From Candidatus Lokiarchaeum ossiferum (lineage in GTDB: Archaea > Asgardarchaeota > Lokiarchaeia > Sigyniarchaeales > Promethearchaeaceae), in NCBI GenBank assembly GCA_025839675.1, contig CP104013.1:90001-122000 (forward strand): a DNA stretch of 32,000 bases, given 5' to 3'. Made by a program: the position numbers and the translations under genes. The notes under the pieces were generated by a model that ran no database searches, had not been told where the DNA came from, and saw only the letters and a program-made list of their open reading frames with translations. Numbering within the stretch: the stretch's first letter is position 1; each line of letters starts with the position of its first letter. Of this stretch, positions 23,524 through 32,000 are shown piece after piece.

Positions 23524-24126
23524 TTATTGGATGTTATACTTAGGCAATACAAAGTTTTGAATGTAAGGCAAAGGCACTTTTGGAATGTGGGCTGGATTCT
23601 CCGCTTCTAACAACACAATCTTGGTAGTAGTGCAGATTTTTTTGTCAGCAATATATAATGCTCTTTTGATGTGATTGACATCCTTGAAGGCACATCCCAC
23701 TTCCATGATGACATCACCGGCTCGCGTGCGAGCACATTTACCGACGGGGCGTCCAAAACCATTTCTCATTCCAGAAGACAATCGGTCGGCTCCTGCAAAT
23801 GACATCATTGCATGTTCGCGGTAAGTCGTGAACGGGTGCCTTCGAATTTTGAGATGAAAATTTTGCCGTCCAATCTTTTTGATGAGGCGGCGGTTGATGT
23901 TCACACGCACGGCTTCGAGCGCGAAGTGTGAGATATTAATGTTATGTTCACAGAGCATACCGATTTTAACTTCCCAATCAATTTTTTCACGGTTGCCCAC
24001 GTCGAACCGGGTAATTTTAGAGTCGGCTCCACCCCGAACGAATTCTCGTCGGTGGCTACGGGAGCGTTTACTTTGGTATCCTTTCTTTTTAAAGACACCA
24101 AAACATTTCCAACGTCGTCTTGCCAT
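23524..24126 (-). CDS. rpl10e: Large-subunit ribosomal protein L10e (uL16)
   Basis: 200 aa. Family-matching segments are MARRRWKCFG...RREFVRGGADSKITRFDVGN, FHLKIRRHPFTTYREHAMMSFAGADRLSSGMRNGFGRPVGKCARTRAGDVIMEV and HIKRALYIADKKI, which fit L10e/uL16 throughout. The gene is visibly more GC-rich than its neighbours. Confidence 0.95.
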   Translation of the reverse strand: MARRRWKCFGVFKKKGYQSKRSRSHRREFVRGGADSKITRFDVGNREKIDWEVKIGMLCEHNINISHFALEAVRVNINRRLIKKIGRQNFHLKIRRHPFTTYREHAMMSFAGADRLSSGMRNGFGRPVGKCARTRAGDVIMEVGCAFKDVNHIKRALYIADKKICTTTKIVLLEAENPAHIPKVPLPYIQNFVLPKYNIQ

Positions 24127-24615
24127 TTTTAGTCATTTCCTATTGGATCTTCACGGTAGCGGATTTTCCGTCAGAAAAACCCAAGGGCGAAGATTTACTA
24201 TAAGGGGTAGAATATTGCATTTTAATAAAATTTTATGGTTTTGCTTCGACAAAAATCGGGGGGAGGGGAGAACGGGAAAGGTTTGGGAAATGATCGCACC
24301 AAGGAAAATGGGAAGATCGACAAATTGGTATATACCAGAGGAAGTGAAGGTAAGAATTTAGAGTTTTTGAGAAAAAGATAAAATGCTGGTAAAGGAGAAA
24401 AAATCGAAGCGAATCGAAGGAAAATGAAATGAAGATTAATAAGCAATTGTTAAAAATACTTTTTCTATTATGCTCAGAAATATCCGGGAGAAATAATGCG
24501 GGTGATTTGTGGATAAATGCATGAGGAAGTGATATATCGCTGGAACTAACAATGTTTTTTTAAGCTAAGTGAACTGGGATGTTCCAACAGTAAGAATTAC
24601 GTTTTGTTTTATTTA

Positions 24616-24786
24616 ATGGACTGGTCTTCGACCAATCCTAGGATTGTATTTCACAATCTTACTTATGATATATCCAAAATTAGAAGGGTTATAGATGCAA
24701 AATATGATCCTGATAATGAGAATTTGATAAATATATTCCAACCTATCAAGAAAAAACCAAAAAATACCCTAGAAAAAAAGGAATAA
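24616..24786 (+). CDS. Doubtful small ORF (56 aa from the first ATG)
   Basis: The track ORF 24604..24786 starts at a TTG, and the first ATG is at 24616. It has no motif and sits in the 750-bp divergent spacer. Confidence 0.2.
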   Translation: MDWSSTNPRIVFHNLTYDISKIRRVIDAKYDPDNENLINIFQPIKKKPKNTLEKKE

Positions 24787-24876
24787 AGCGAAAAAATTTG
24801 AAAGTGCTTCGTGAGTAAATCTGTGTGCAATAAGTTTAGCGGACAATTTTAATAGAACTTCAATTCAGTAAATATC

Positions 24877-25704
24877 ATGAAGACCAATCTACTTAAAAAC
24901 GAAAAAATTTTGTTTAAAATTCATGAAAAAATAGCCTATATCACCATAAATACAAAGATGAATATTTTGGATATGGAATCCGCTAAACGATTGACCCAAT
25001 TCTTAGTTAGGGCTGATTCAAGTGAAGAAGTCAATGTAGTTGTGTTAAAATCTGCGGGAGATCGGGTTTTTTCAGCAGGCTTTGATCTAAAGATGTTTGA
25101 ACAAGGGATGACTGAAGAATTACGAAAAAATTTATCACAATATGGGCGGGATATTTCGCTCACCCTCTTTTATATGAAGAAACCGGTTATAGCTCAAATT
25201 CAAGGGAGCGCAATCGGAATGGGCTGTATTATGATTCTTGCATCCGATTTTCGTTTTGCTGCCCAAAAAGAATCCACTTTTTTCCGGTTGCCCGAAGTGG
25301 ATATGGATATGTTTCCCATCACAGGGCCAACGGCAATGGCTGTATTCAGCTTGGGACAATTTCATGCCAAAGATATGCTTTTAACTGGTCGCAAGGTATC
25401 TCTCGAAGAGTTTACTCAGTGGGGAGCGCTAACAAAAGTGTGTCCACCAGAAAAATTGGACCAAGAAGTTGAATTATTTGCTCAGTCCTTAGCAAAAAAG
25501 ATCCCTTTCTTAATGAATACGATTAAACCGGCGATTAATCTTATGGCTTTTGCGCAAGCCATGAATTGGTTTGACCTAGAAAATGAATTGCAAGAATTTA
25601 AATCCACTGAATTTGACAATGTGAAGAAAAATATCCCCAAAAAAATTAAGGAAATGTGGAATAAATATGGGAAAGGCCTTCCTTATATTCGAGAAACATT
25701 ATAG
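24877..25704 (+). CDS. Enoyl-CoA hydratase/isomerase (crotonase) superfamily protein
   Basis: 275 aa. Family-typical segments are IAYITINTKMNILD, VVVLKSAGDRVFSAGFDLKMF, KPVIAQIQGSAIGMGCIMILASDFRFAA and FRLPEV. Confidence 0.88.
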   Translation: MKTNLLKNEKILFKIHEKIAYITINTKMNILDMESAKRLTQFLVRADSSEEVNVVVLKSAGDRVFSAGFDLKMFEQGMTEELRKNLSQYGRDISLTLFYMKKPVIAQIQGSAIGMGCIMILASDFRFAAQKESTFFRLPEVDMDMFPITGPTAMAVFSLGQFHAKDMLLTGRKVSLEEFTQWGALTKVCPPEKLDQEVELFAQSLAKKIPFLMNTIKPAINLMAFAQAMNWFDLENELQEFKSTEFDNVKKNIPKKIKEMWNKYGKGLPYIRETL

Positions 25705-25935
25705 CACAAATATTTTCATCAGATTTATTTCTTAACCTTTTTTAAAATGAAGAATCTTTTTGTGATACTTATTAAATAATTTCAAAAATGTCATAAACTG
25801 GACTTGTTTGAAGGAATTGACCTCGATCAATGAAAAGTTGCAGATTTTTAGTATTTAAAATTACAATATATTTCGGGATTCTTCAAATATTATTAATATG
25901 ATGATTATTAAAAATTATAATTCTTTTTGTAGTAT

Positions 25936-28362
25936 GTGGCACATCAATCTTCGGAACAACAAAATTTAAGTTTTCACAACCAACAAAGAATAATTTCGAA
26001 AATACCGGTGCAAGTAGAGAATACTTATTCCGCGGCACAAAATTTAATCAAAATCATTACTGATGTGTCTACTAGCATTATTAAACAGCTTGAAGCAATT
26101 GACGTAGTTGTAAATGGGATTGAAAATTATTCTGTGTTGGCCGAAGAGGTGCATTCACAAACCGAAAGTTCTATGACTTTTGCTCATAAGACTGTAGAAG
26201 TTGCGCATTCGGGTCAAACCGCCACAGACGAAACCATGAATGCTATTGGCAACATTTCAACTTCCGTTGAAAACACGAGAAATGAAATTGATACATTACA
26301 AGAAAAAACGGTAAATATTGGAAATATTTTAAAAAATATGAAAGATATTGCTCAACAAACTAAAATCTTATCTATCAACGCAGCAATTGAAGCAGCACGT
26401 GCAGGGGATGCGGGATATGGATTTGCAGTTGTAGCAGATGAAGTTGGAAAATTAGCAAAAAACAGTGATTTAGCTGCCGAAGAAATCAAAACGATATTAA
26501 TGGATATTGATGTGAGTATTAAAAGAACACTTACTGCAATGAATGACAGCACTAAAAAAGTGAATGATGGAGAGCAAGTGGTGAAGCAAACAGGAATTGT
26601 ATTCGAAGATATTATTAATTCAGTCGAAAATACTCTTGAGGTATTTACCGAAATTAATGAAGGTTTGCATCAACAAAATCAGAATTTAGTTCAAATAATG
26701 CGTTCGACTGAAATTATGGATTCTGAATCTAAAAAAGTATTAATTTTAAGTGACATGGCTTTAAGTAATACTGAAAACACCAAGTCATCATTAACAGAAT
26801 TAGCAAAGATCACAACCCAATTATCAGTAATATCAGAAAGAACGAATCAATTTTTAAATCAAACAGATGTTATCACAGAAAAAGTGCGATTAACAACCCA
26901 TATCCAAAGGGAATTATTAACTTTAGATCCCGCAATTTCCAACGAGATAGAAGCGAACAGAATATTGGCCAATATTCATTCTGGATTAATTACTCTAAAC
27001 GCAGATTTAACAATTTTGCCTGGAGTTGCTAAAAGTTGGTATTTAAAAGAAGATAATTTAACATGGGTGTTTTCCCTTCGAAAAAATGTGAAATTCCATC
27101 ATGGAAGGATGGTTCAAGCGAGTGATGTAAAATTTTCTTTCGAAAGAGTATTAAGTCCTCAATTAAATTCACCTTGCGCATGGTTTTTATATCAAATTGA
27201 AGGAGCGGAAGCCTATCATGATGGGCGCACAAAATCTGTATCAGGAATTACTATAAATAATCAATACCAAATCGAATTGAAATTAAAAAGTCCATATTCA
27301 GGTTTCTTACTAAATTTGGCTCACCCAACATGTTCTATTCTCCCACGCGAAGAAGTTTTAAAGAACCATTTCATTGGATGTGGAAGCTTTTTATTAGATC
27401 AAATTGAAGACCGTTTCTATTTATTGAAGTGTTTTAAGGATTATTACGGTGGTTCTGCATATGCAGATGAAGTTTTAGTTGAATATAATAATCCCAATCT
27501 TGTTGACGATTTAATTGATGGTAAATATGATTTTGTTGATCTGAGAGATTCCACAATAATTGCAAAATTACAAGAAAAGACTCAGCATATGAAAATAGTA
27601 ACCAGTGATTCAATCTCGACGAATTTCCTTACTTTCAATTTTAACTCGAAAAATCCCTTAATTCATGACAAGGATATTAGACTTGCCATAAATTATTCTA
27701 TAGATAAAGCAACAATTAATAAAGAATTGTTATTGGGTCTTGTTGATGAATGTAAAGGTATTTTTCCCCCAAGTATGATCAACGATCTGACATTGCAAGG
27801 GTATAGATATAACGTCACGAAAGCAAGATCTTTGGTACAAGGAAAGAAACACTTGATTGACGGCCATCCTTTAAAAATATTAATTCGGGAAACTGATATT
27901 TTGCATAAAAATCAAAATTTTCTTGTTTTAGAACAGATACGTCAAAATTTGAAACAAATTGGAATTTCATCCCAATATGTTGAGGTTCAATCTGCAAAAT
28001 ATTATACTCGAGCAACTTCACAATTAGGCGATCTGTGTTTCATTGGATGGTTTGCAGACACGGGAGATATGGATAATTATCTCGAGCCTTTACTGAACTA
28101 TTATAATGAAAACAATTTTGGATTTTACAAAAATGAAGAGGTGATGCAGGGTATAATTGATGCTAAGAAAATGATTATTCCTGCTAAACGAATTCAAAAA
28201 TATAAGGAAATCCAAAAATTAATTTTAGCGGATGTTCCTTGGATTTATTTATATCATACGAAAATCATTAGCGCTATTCGGAAGAAGGGAATTGACAATG
28301 TGCAATACTTCCCGACTGGAGCATTAAAAATGGACAATATCTTGATTACTGATACACCTTAG
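25936..28362 (+). CDS. Fusion protein: N-terminal methyl-accepting chemotaxis protein (MCP) signalling domain plus C-terminal ABC-type substrate-binding protein family 5 (DppA/OppA-like) domain; no TM helix
   Basis: 808 aa with a GTG start. The MCP hairpin-tip consensus is IAQQTKILSINAAIEAARAGDAGYGFAVVADEVGKLAKNSDLAAEEI, within about 300 aa of heptad-like coiled coil. It is followed by the SBP_bac_5 pattern ILPGVAKSWYLKEDNLTWVFSLRKNVKFHHGRMVQASDVKFSFERVLSP, then LRLAINYSIDK and WIYLYH. I see no hydrophobic segment or signal peptide. Confidence 0.85.
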   Translation: MAHQSSEQQNLSFHNQQRIISKIPVQVENTYSAAQNLIKIITDVSTSIIKQLEAIDVVVNGIENYSVLAEEVHSQTESSMTFAHKTVEVAHSGQTATDETMNAIGNISTSVENTRNEIDTLQEKTVNIGNILKNMKDIAQQTKILSINAAIEAARAGDAGYGFAVVADEVGKLAKNSDLAAEEIKTILMDIDVSIKRTLTAMNDSTKKVNDGEQVVKQTGIVFEDIINSVENTLEVFTEINEGLHQQNQNLVQIMRSTEIMDSESKKVLILSDMALSNTENTKSSLTELAKITTQLSVISERTNQFLNQTDVITEKVRLTTHIQRELLTLDPAISNEIEANRILANIHSGLITLNADLTILPGVAKSWYLKEDNLTWVFSLRKNVKFHHGRMVQASDVKFSFERVLSPQLNSPCAWFLYQIEGAEAYHDGRTKSVSGITINNQYQIELKLKSPYSGFLLNLAHPTCSILPREEVLKNHFIGCGSFLLDQIEDRFYLLKCFKDYYGGSAYADEVLVEYNNPNLVDDLIDGKYDFVDLRDSTIIAKLQEKTQHMKIVTSDSISTNFLTFNFNSKNPLIHDKDIRLAINYSIDKATINKELLLGLVDECKGIFPPSMINDLTLQGYRYNVTKARSLVQGKKHLIDGHPLKILIRETDILHKNQNFLVLEQIRQNLKQIGISSQYVEVQSAKYYTRATSQLGDLCFIGWFADTGDMDNYLEPLLNYYNENNFGFYKNEEVMQGIIDAKKMIIPAKRIQKYKEIQKLILADVPWIYLYHTKIISAIRKKGIDNVQYFPTGALKMDNILITDTP

Positions 28363-28392
28363 AAGGGTTATTATATTCGTTATTGTTATTTT

Positions 28393-29610
28393 CTATTGAA
28401 AATGGGTTGCAAATCGGAGTTGTTTTAAAGCTCGTTCCATTTTTGCAACTGTATATTGAATGTCTTCAGCCGTTGTTCCTTTTCCGAGTGTTAATCGAAT
28501 TGATCCGCTTGCATCAGATGGAGAAAGCCCTAGTGATGTTAGAACCCGTGAAGGTTTATCGGATTTTGAGGAACAAGCGGAACCGGTGGAAGTTGCTATA
28601 CCTTGATTATCTAACAGCATAAGTAAATCAAACCCATCAACGCCATCAAACCGAAAATTGCAGTTATTATATAAGCGTTTTTCTTGGTTTCCATTTAGAT
28701 AGGAGTAGGGAATTTTAGTAAGCACTTCACTAATAAATACTTCTTGAAGTTTTTTACCTTGCTCTTTCCACTTGTTCATATTTTGTTCGGCATTTTCAAC
28801 TGCTCTTCCTAAGGCAATTATAGCGGGTACATTTTCAGTTGATGGGCGTAAAGAATTTTCTTGTAATCCTCCATACAACATTGGCTCTAAAAAAGTAGCA
28901 AGATTTGAAAATTTCTCTGAAGTCAATTTTTGAGAATTTATACACAATGCTCCAACACCTTTTGGACCGTATAGTTTGTGCCCTGAAAGAGATAATAAAT
29001 CAATGTTTAAAGCTTGCATGTCTATCGGAATTTTTCCAAAGGCTTGTACAGCATCGCTATGAAAAATAATGTTATTCTTTTTAGCTAATTGTCCAATTTC
29101 TTTAATGGGTTGATAGGTTCCAATCTCATTATTGACAAAATGAATGGAAATTAACTGAGTGTTTTCTTGAATTAAAGATTCCAAAACAGATAATTCAACA
29201 AATCCTTCAGAAGTGACTGGGACATAGGAGACCTCAAACCCTTCATGTTCTAAATATTTAGCTGTATTGTAGATCGCTGGATGTTCAATTTGACTGACAA
29301 TCAAATGAGGCCTTTCTTTAGCTCTATGTCTCATTATGCCTTGTAAAGCTAAATTATCTGATTCTGTTCCGCTACTTGTAAAAATTACACCTTTGGGATG
29401 AATATTAAGAGAAGAAGCAATGATCTTTCGTGAATTCTCTACGCTTTTCCGAGCTCTTTTTCCCATTTCATGCAAGGATGATGGATTTTCAAAATTATTT
29501 ATTGAATATTCTGTGAAAACCTTAAAAACATCAGGATCCATTGGGGTTGTGGCTGCGTGATCTAGATAAACATATTTTTTTTGTAGCTGTGAAGTATCTC
29601 GTGAGGTCAT
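28393..29610 (-). CDS. Cysteine desulfurase (NifS/IscS-type, PLP-dependent class V aminotransferase fold)
   Basis: 405 aa. Family-typical segments are YLDHAATTP, FTSSGTESDNLAL, HSDAVQAFGKIPID, LSLSGHKLYGPKGVGAL (PLP Lys), ATSTGSACSS (catalytic Cys loop) and IRLTLGKGTT. Confidence 0.92.
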   Translation of the reverse strand: MTSRDTSQLQKKYVYLDHAATTPMDPDVFKVFTEYSINNFENPSSLHEMGKRARKSVENSRKIIASSLNIHPKGVIFTSSGTESDNLALQGIMRHRAKERPHLIVSQIEHPAIYNTAKYLEHEGFEVSYVPVTSEGFVELSVLESLIQENTQLISIHFVNNEIGTYQPIKEIGQLAKKNNIIFHSDAVQAFGKIPIDMQALNIDLLSLSGHKLYGPKGVGALCINSQKLTSEKFSNLATFLEPMLYGGLQENSLRPSTENVPAIIALGRAVENAEQNMNKWKEQGKKLQEVFISEVLTKIPYSYLNGNQEKRLYNNCNFRFDGVDGFDLLMLLDNQGIATSTGSACSSKSDKPSRVLTSLGLSPSDASGSIRLTLGKGTTAEDIQYTVAKMERALKQLRFATHFQ

Positions 29611-29650
29611 AGTTCTTTACTGGTAGAATAGTCTTGCACATAATTTAATC

Positions 29651-30148
29651 TTAGTCTTTTAGACTATAAATTAGCTTATTTGCTCCCAATTTCATTTGTA
29701 ATTGGCCAGCCCGAATAATACTTTTAATTTTCAATGGAAGATAGCGCTTTTGTTCCTTTTCTGTTATACTTAATTTACTTATTATATCCTCAATGGAAAT
29801 CCATACTCCGGGTTCAAAAAGATTCAGAATACTTGCTGTTGTAAATGAATAGGGCATTTCACTTTTTTCTTGGGGTAATTTCTCGGATTCATGTTTGTAA
29901 TCTTGACATTTTTCAACTTCACGTTCGAGAACAAAATATTGGCGCTTCAAACAAGTTGCATAGGGTTCAAAAATGGGAATGGCACCACTTTGAATGGGTA
30001 TAACTCCTTTCTCATGGCGACCTCCTAAGTAAATACATGTGTCACATTTAATTTGGGTCATAAGAATTTTCCTTAAAAGTAATGTGATTAATGGCAATAT
30101 ATAATCTACCTTTTTTTCAATATTAGAATATAGTTTGTATTTTAACAT
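29651..30148 (-). CDS. Hypothetical small protein with four Cys (CxxC...C...C), upstream of the cysteine desulfurase
   Basis: 165-aa ORF. An alternative ATG at 30061 gives 136 aa starting MTQIKCDTCIYLGG. The Cys residues are in CDTC, ATCLK and EKCQD. It is on the same strand as the desulfurase, 40 nt upstream. I recognise no family. Confidence 0.5.
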   Translation of the reverse strand: MLKYKLYSNIEKKVDYILPLITLLLRKILMTQIKCDTCIYLGGRHEKGVIPIQSGAIPIFEPYATCLKRQYFVLEREVEKCQDYKHESEKLPQEKSEMPYSFTTASILNLFEPGVWISIEDIISKLSITEKEQKRYLPLKIKSIIRAGQLQMKLGANKLIYSLKD

Positions 30149-30299
30149 TATCTTTCATATTTTTCTATTCCACCTTTTTCTTCATAGAAATAGTTATGGA
30201 ATATTCCAAGTCTAATAAAAAATACATACTATTTTTCATCTATACAAATTCTTTATAAAAAGGTTGAATTAAAAATTGAAAAGTGAGGGTGAATAATAT

Positions 30300-31172
30300 G
30301 TGGTTATGAGGTATGAAAAGAAAGAATTAACTAACCAAATTAGAGCCAAACAGTCTGGACAAATGGTTCAATTATCCAAAGGTAAAACATACTATGAATT
30401 GAAGGGTGCTCCAGCAAATGATCTGGTTGTTTTAGTGCATGGATTTTCAATGCCTTCATGTATCTGGGAACCTCTATTTTTATTTCTCCTTGATAATGGA
30501 TTTTCTGTTTTAAGGTATGATTTGTATGGGAGAGGCTATTCCGATCGGCCTAAATTGAAATACAATAAGGATTTATTTGTTGATCAACTTCATGAATTGC
30601 TATCGGCACTAAACTTGAACTCGAAACCATACTCTCTTATGGGATTATCAATGGGAGGTCCTATTTGTATTCATTATACCGACAAATATCCTCAGTTTGT
30701 AAATAAGCTTGTTCTTTCTGATCCTGCGGGATTTCCATTTAACGGAATTCCTTTCATTATGAAAATTCCCGGATTAAGCAAATTTCTTTTTAAAACATTG
30801 GGTCCTAATTTGTTATTAAAAAAGATAGATACCGATTTTGGGAAGAACGTCGACATTTCGCATCTTTATGAATGTTTTCGAGAGCAGATGAAGTATAAGG
30901 GGTTCTTAGATGCCATTTTCTCGACCATGTTTCACTTTCCCATGAATACATCAAAACCCGTTTTTCAAAGAGTTGGTTGTCTTTCGATTCCCAAATTATT
31001 AATTTGGGGTGTAAATGATACCACTGTTCCATTTTCACTCCATCAAGAAGTAATTTCAACGCTTCCTGGTGTTGAATTTCACGCTATCTCTAATACATCT
31101 CATATTCCCCATTTTGAAAAACCCGAAGAAGTAAATCCAATCATTCTTAAATTCTTGCAATCAACTCACTAA
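30300..31172 (+). CDS. Alpha/beta-fold hydrolase
   Basis: 290 aa. The motifs are VVLVHGFSMP (HG oxyanion motif), LMGLSMGG (GxSxG nucleophile elbow) and NTSHIPHFEKPEEV (catalytic His region). The GTG start at 30300 is preceded by GAGGGTG at an 8-nt spacing, and an alternative ATG lies at 30306. Confidence 0.88.
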   Translation: MVMRYEKKELTNQIRAKQSGQMVQLSKGKTYYELKGAPANDLVVLVHGFSMPSCIWEPLFLFLLDNGFSVLRYDLYGRGYSDRPKLKYNKDLFVDQLHELLSALNLNSKPYSLMGLSMGGPICIHYTDKYPQFVNKLVLSDPAGFPFNGIPFIMKIPGLSKFLFKTLGPNLLLKKIDTDFGKNVDISHLYECFREQMKYKGFLDAIFSTMFHFPMNTSKPVFQRVGCLSIPKLLIWGVNDTTVPFSLHQEVISTLPGVEFHAISNTSHIPHFEKPEEVNPIILKFLQSTH

Positions 31173-31270
31173 ATTTTACTTTTTTCATCATTTCACCTTT
31201 TTATTTTACGGAGGGTGATAACTATTTTAAACCCTAAGATGAAAAAGGATCATAACTTGGTGTTTATCTT

Positions 31271-31987
31271 ATGGCTCTTTCATTCTCTGCTGTGTTAAAT
31301 GGAATTAGCGGAACAATTGTTCTGTTAATTGGTATGTTTTATTCTATATCATTTTTGCTTATGTATCGCAAAAAAAAGTTGAAATTAATTCCAATTGTAT
31401 CCTTATTGGCTTTTTGTGCTGGATTAATTTTTCTTGGAGTTTCATCTAATTTCCTTTCTCTAGTATTTACAGGAAACAATCTCGATAAAAATACCTATGG
31501 TCTTTTATCTTATACAATTATTCCCGTTGCCACATTAGTAGCGCTCTATCTTGGATTTCATATATTTAAACCCAAATGGAAACTACAAATCACTATATTT
31601 TATTCTATATTGTGGGTGGTGTATTGGGTGTGCATCTTTTTCTTTACAGACTCAATGTTTAAAGATAGTACTGAAGTTGGTGTTGATCTACTTGATATCT
31701 CGTTAAGTTCGGTAGTATTTTACTTAACGATGTTTTATGTGTTCAGTCTTTTATTTGTCTTAAGTGGTGGTTTCTTTAGTCTAAGCCGAAAATTCAAAAA
31801 AGAAGATCTGAATGCCCCAGAAATTAAATATCTCAATTTTTTAAGTCTTGGGTGGGCGTTATTTGGGATTAGCTCTATCATTGACAGTGGAGCACCTGTT
31901 GGAATACCTGTGTTGATCATTATTGCCCGAATAATGATGTGTACGGCATATATTCTAATTTTTGAAGGCTTCAAAGGGGCAAAATAA
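31271..31987 (+). CDS. Hypothetical integral membrane protein, about 7 TM helices
   Basis: 238 aa with seven hydrophobic stretches. It has no retinal-Lys-type motif and I recognise no family. Confidence 0.6.
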   Translation: MALSFSAVLNGISGTIVLLIGMFYSISFLLMYRKKKLKLIPIVSLLAFCAGLIFLGVSSNFLSLVFTGNNLDKNTYGLLSYTIIPVATLVALYLGFHIFKPKWKLQITIFYSILWVVYWVCIFFFTDSMFKDSTEVGVDLLDISLSSVVFYLTMFYVFSLLFVLSGGFFSLSRKFKKEDLNAPEIKYLNFLSLGWALFGISSIIDSGAPVGIPVLIIIARIMMCTAYILIFEGFKGAK

Positions 31988-32000
31988 TTTAACTGCTCCA

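Noticed and set aside
23879-24361. 160-aa plus-strand ORF (with 23944..24132 and minus-strand 23901..24101), largely overlapping the L10e gene
   Set aside because: It overlaps a strongly supported, GC-richer ribosomal protein gene. Its translation is R/S/L-rich low-complexity sequence, typical of shadow ORFs in a GC-elevated coding region.
24222-24446. 74-aa minus-strand ORF in the L10e upstream spacer
   Set aside because: It is a translation of the polypyrimidine strand (F/L/P/S-rich), with no start context. It is treated as part of the compositional tract, not as a gene.
25898-25904. ATGATGA (C-box-like) in the spacer upstream of the MCP fusion gene, and a similar ATGATGG at about 20347
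   Set aside because: No CTGA D box or second C'/D' pair lies at the expected 40-60-nt distance, so a C/D box sRNA is not supported.
1-32000. Search for mobile-element hallmarks (transposase, integrase, long terminal inverted repeats, tRNA-flanked island borders)
   Set aside because: None of the ORFs has transposase or integrase motifs that I recognise. No tRNA genes and no long inverted or direct repeats were seen by eye. A proper self-alignment (dot plot) would be needed to exclude them fully.

Overview
This is a 32-kb, AT-rich window that looks archaeal. The markers are a ribosomal protein L10e/uL16 with a eukaryote-like N-terminus, a tungsten-type aldehyde:ferredoxin oxidoreductase, an ADP-forming acyl-CoA-synthetase-like protein and a longin-like/V4R fusion. 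The long spacers fit an Asgard (Lokiarchaeia-like) genome, but that lineage call is inference only. I support about 33 protein-coding genes, most on the minus strand. I found no rRNA, tRNA, CRISPR array, transposase or integrase. Recognisable content, in order:
- partial wHTH regulator
- minus-strand run of polyferredoxin-AOR, two paralogous 3-TM mini-proteins plus a longin-like/V4R protein, and an MFS transporter plus a ThiS-like GG protein
- unknown membrane protein
- ACD-alpha-like protein that seems to lack its phosphohistidine loop
- RidA
- GNAT-YoaP
- PadR(Zn-ribbon)-HAAS pair with an ATGA overlap
- PIN-like protein
- RimJ-like GNAT
- block of unknowns ending in a three-gene cassette led by a 772-aa NACHT-like STAND NTPase
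- DUF285/BspA-type repeat surface protein
- L10e
- crotonase
- MCP-signalling-domain::SBP-family-5 fusion
- cysteine desulfurase
- alpha/beta hydrolase
- 7-TM protein
The best candidates for an undescribed system are (1) the STAND NTPase + 185-aa + 209-aa cassette (16748-20302), (2) the longin-like/V4R protein with two paralogous membrane mini-proteins (2481-4026), and (3) the inverted-architecture soluble MCP::SBP5 sensor (25936-28362). All functional calls rest on motif recognition by eye. No database search was run.
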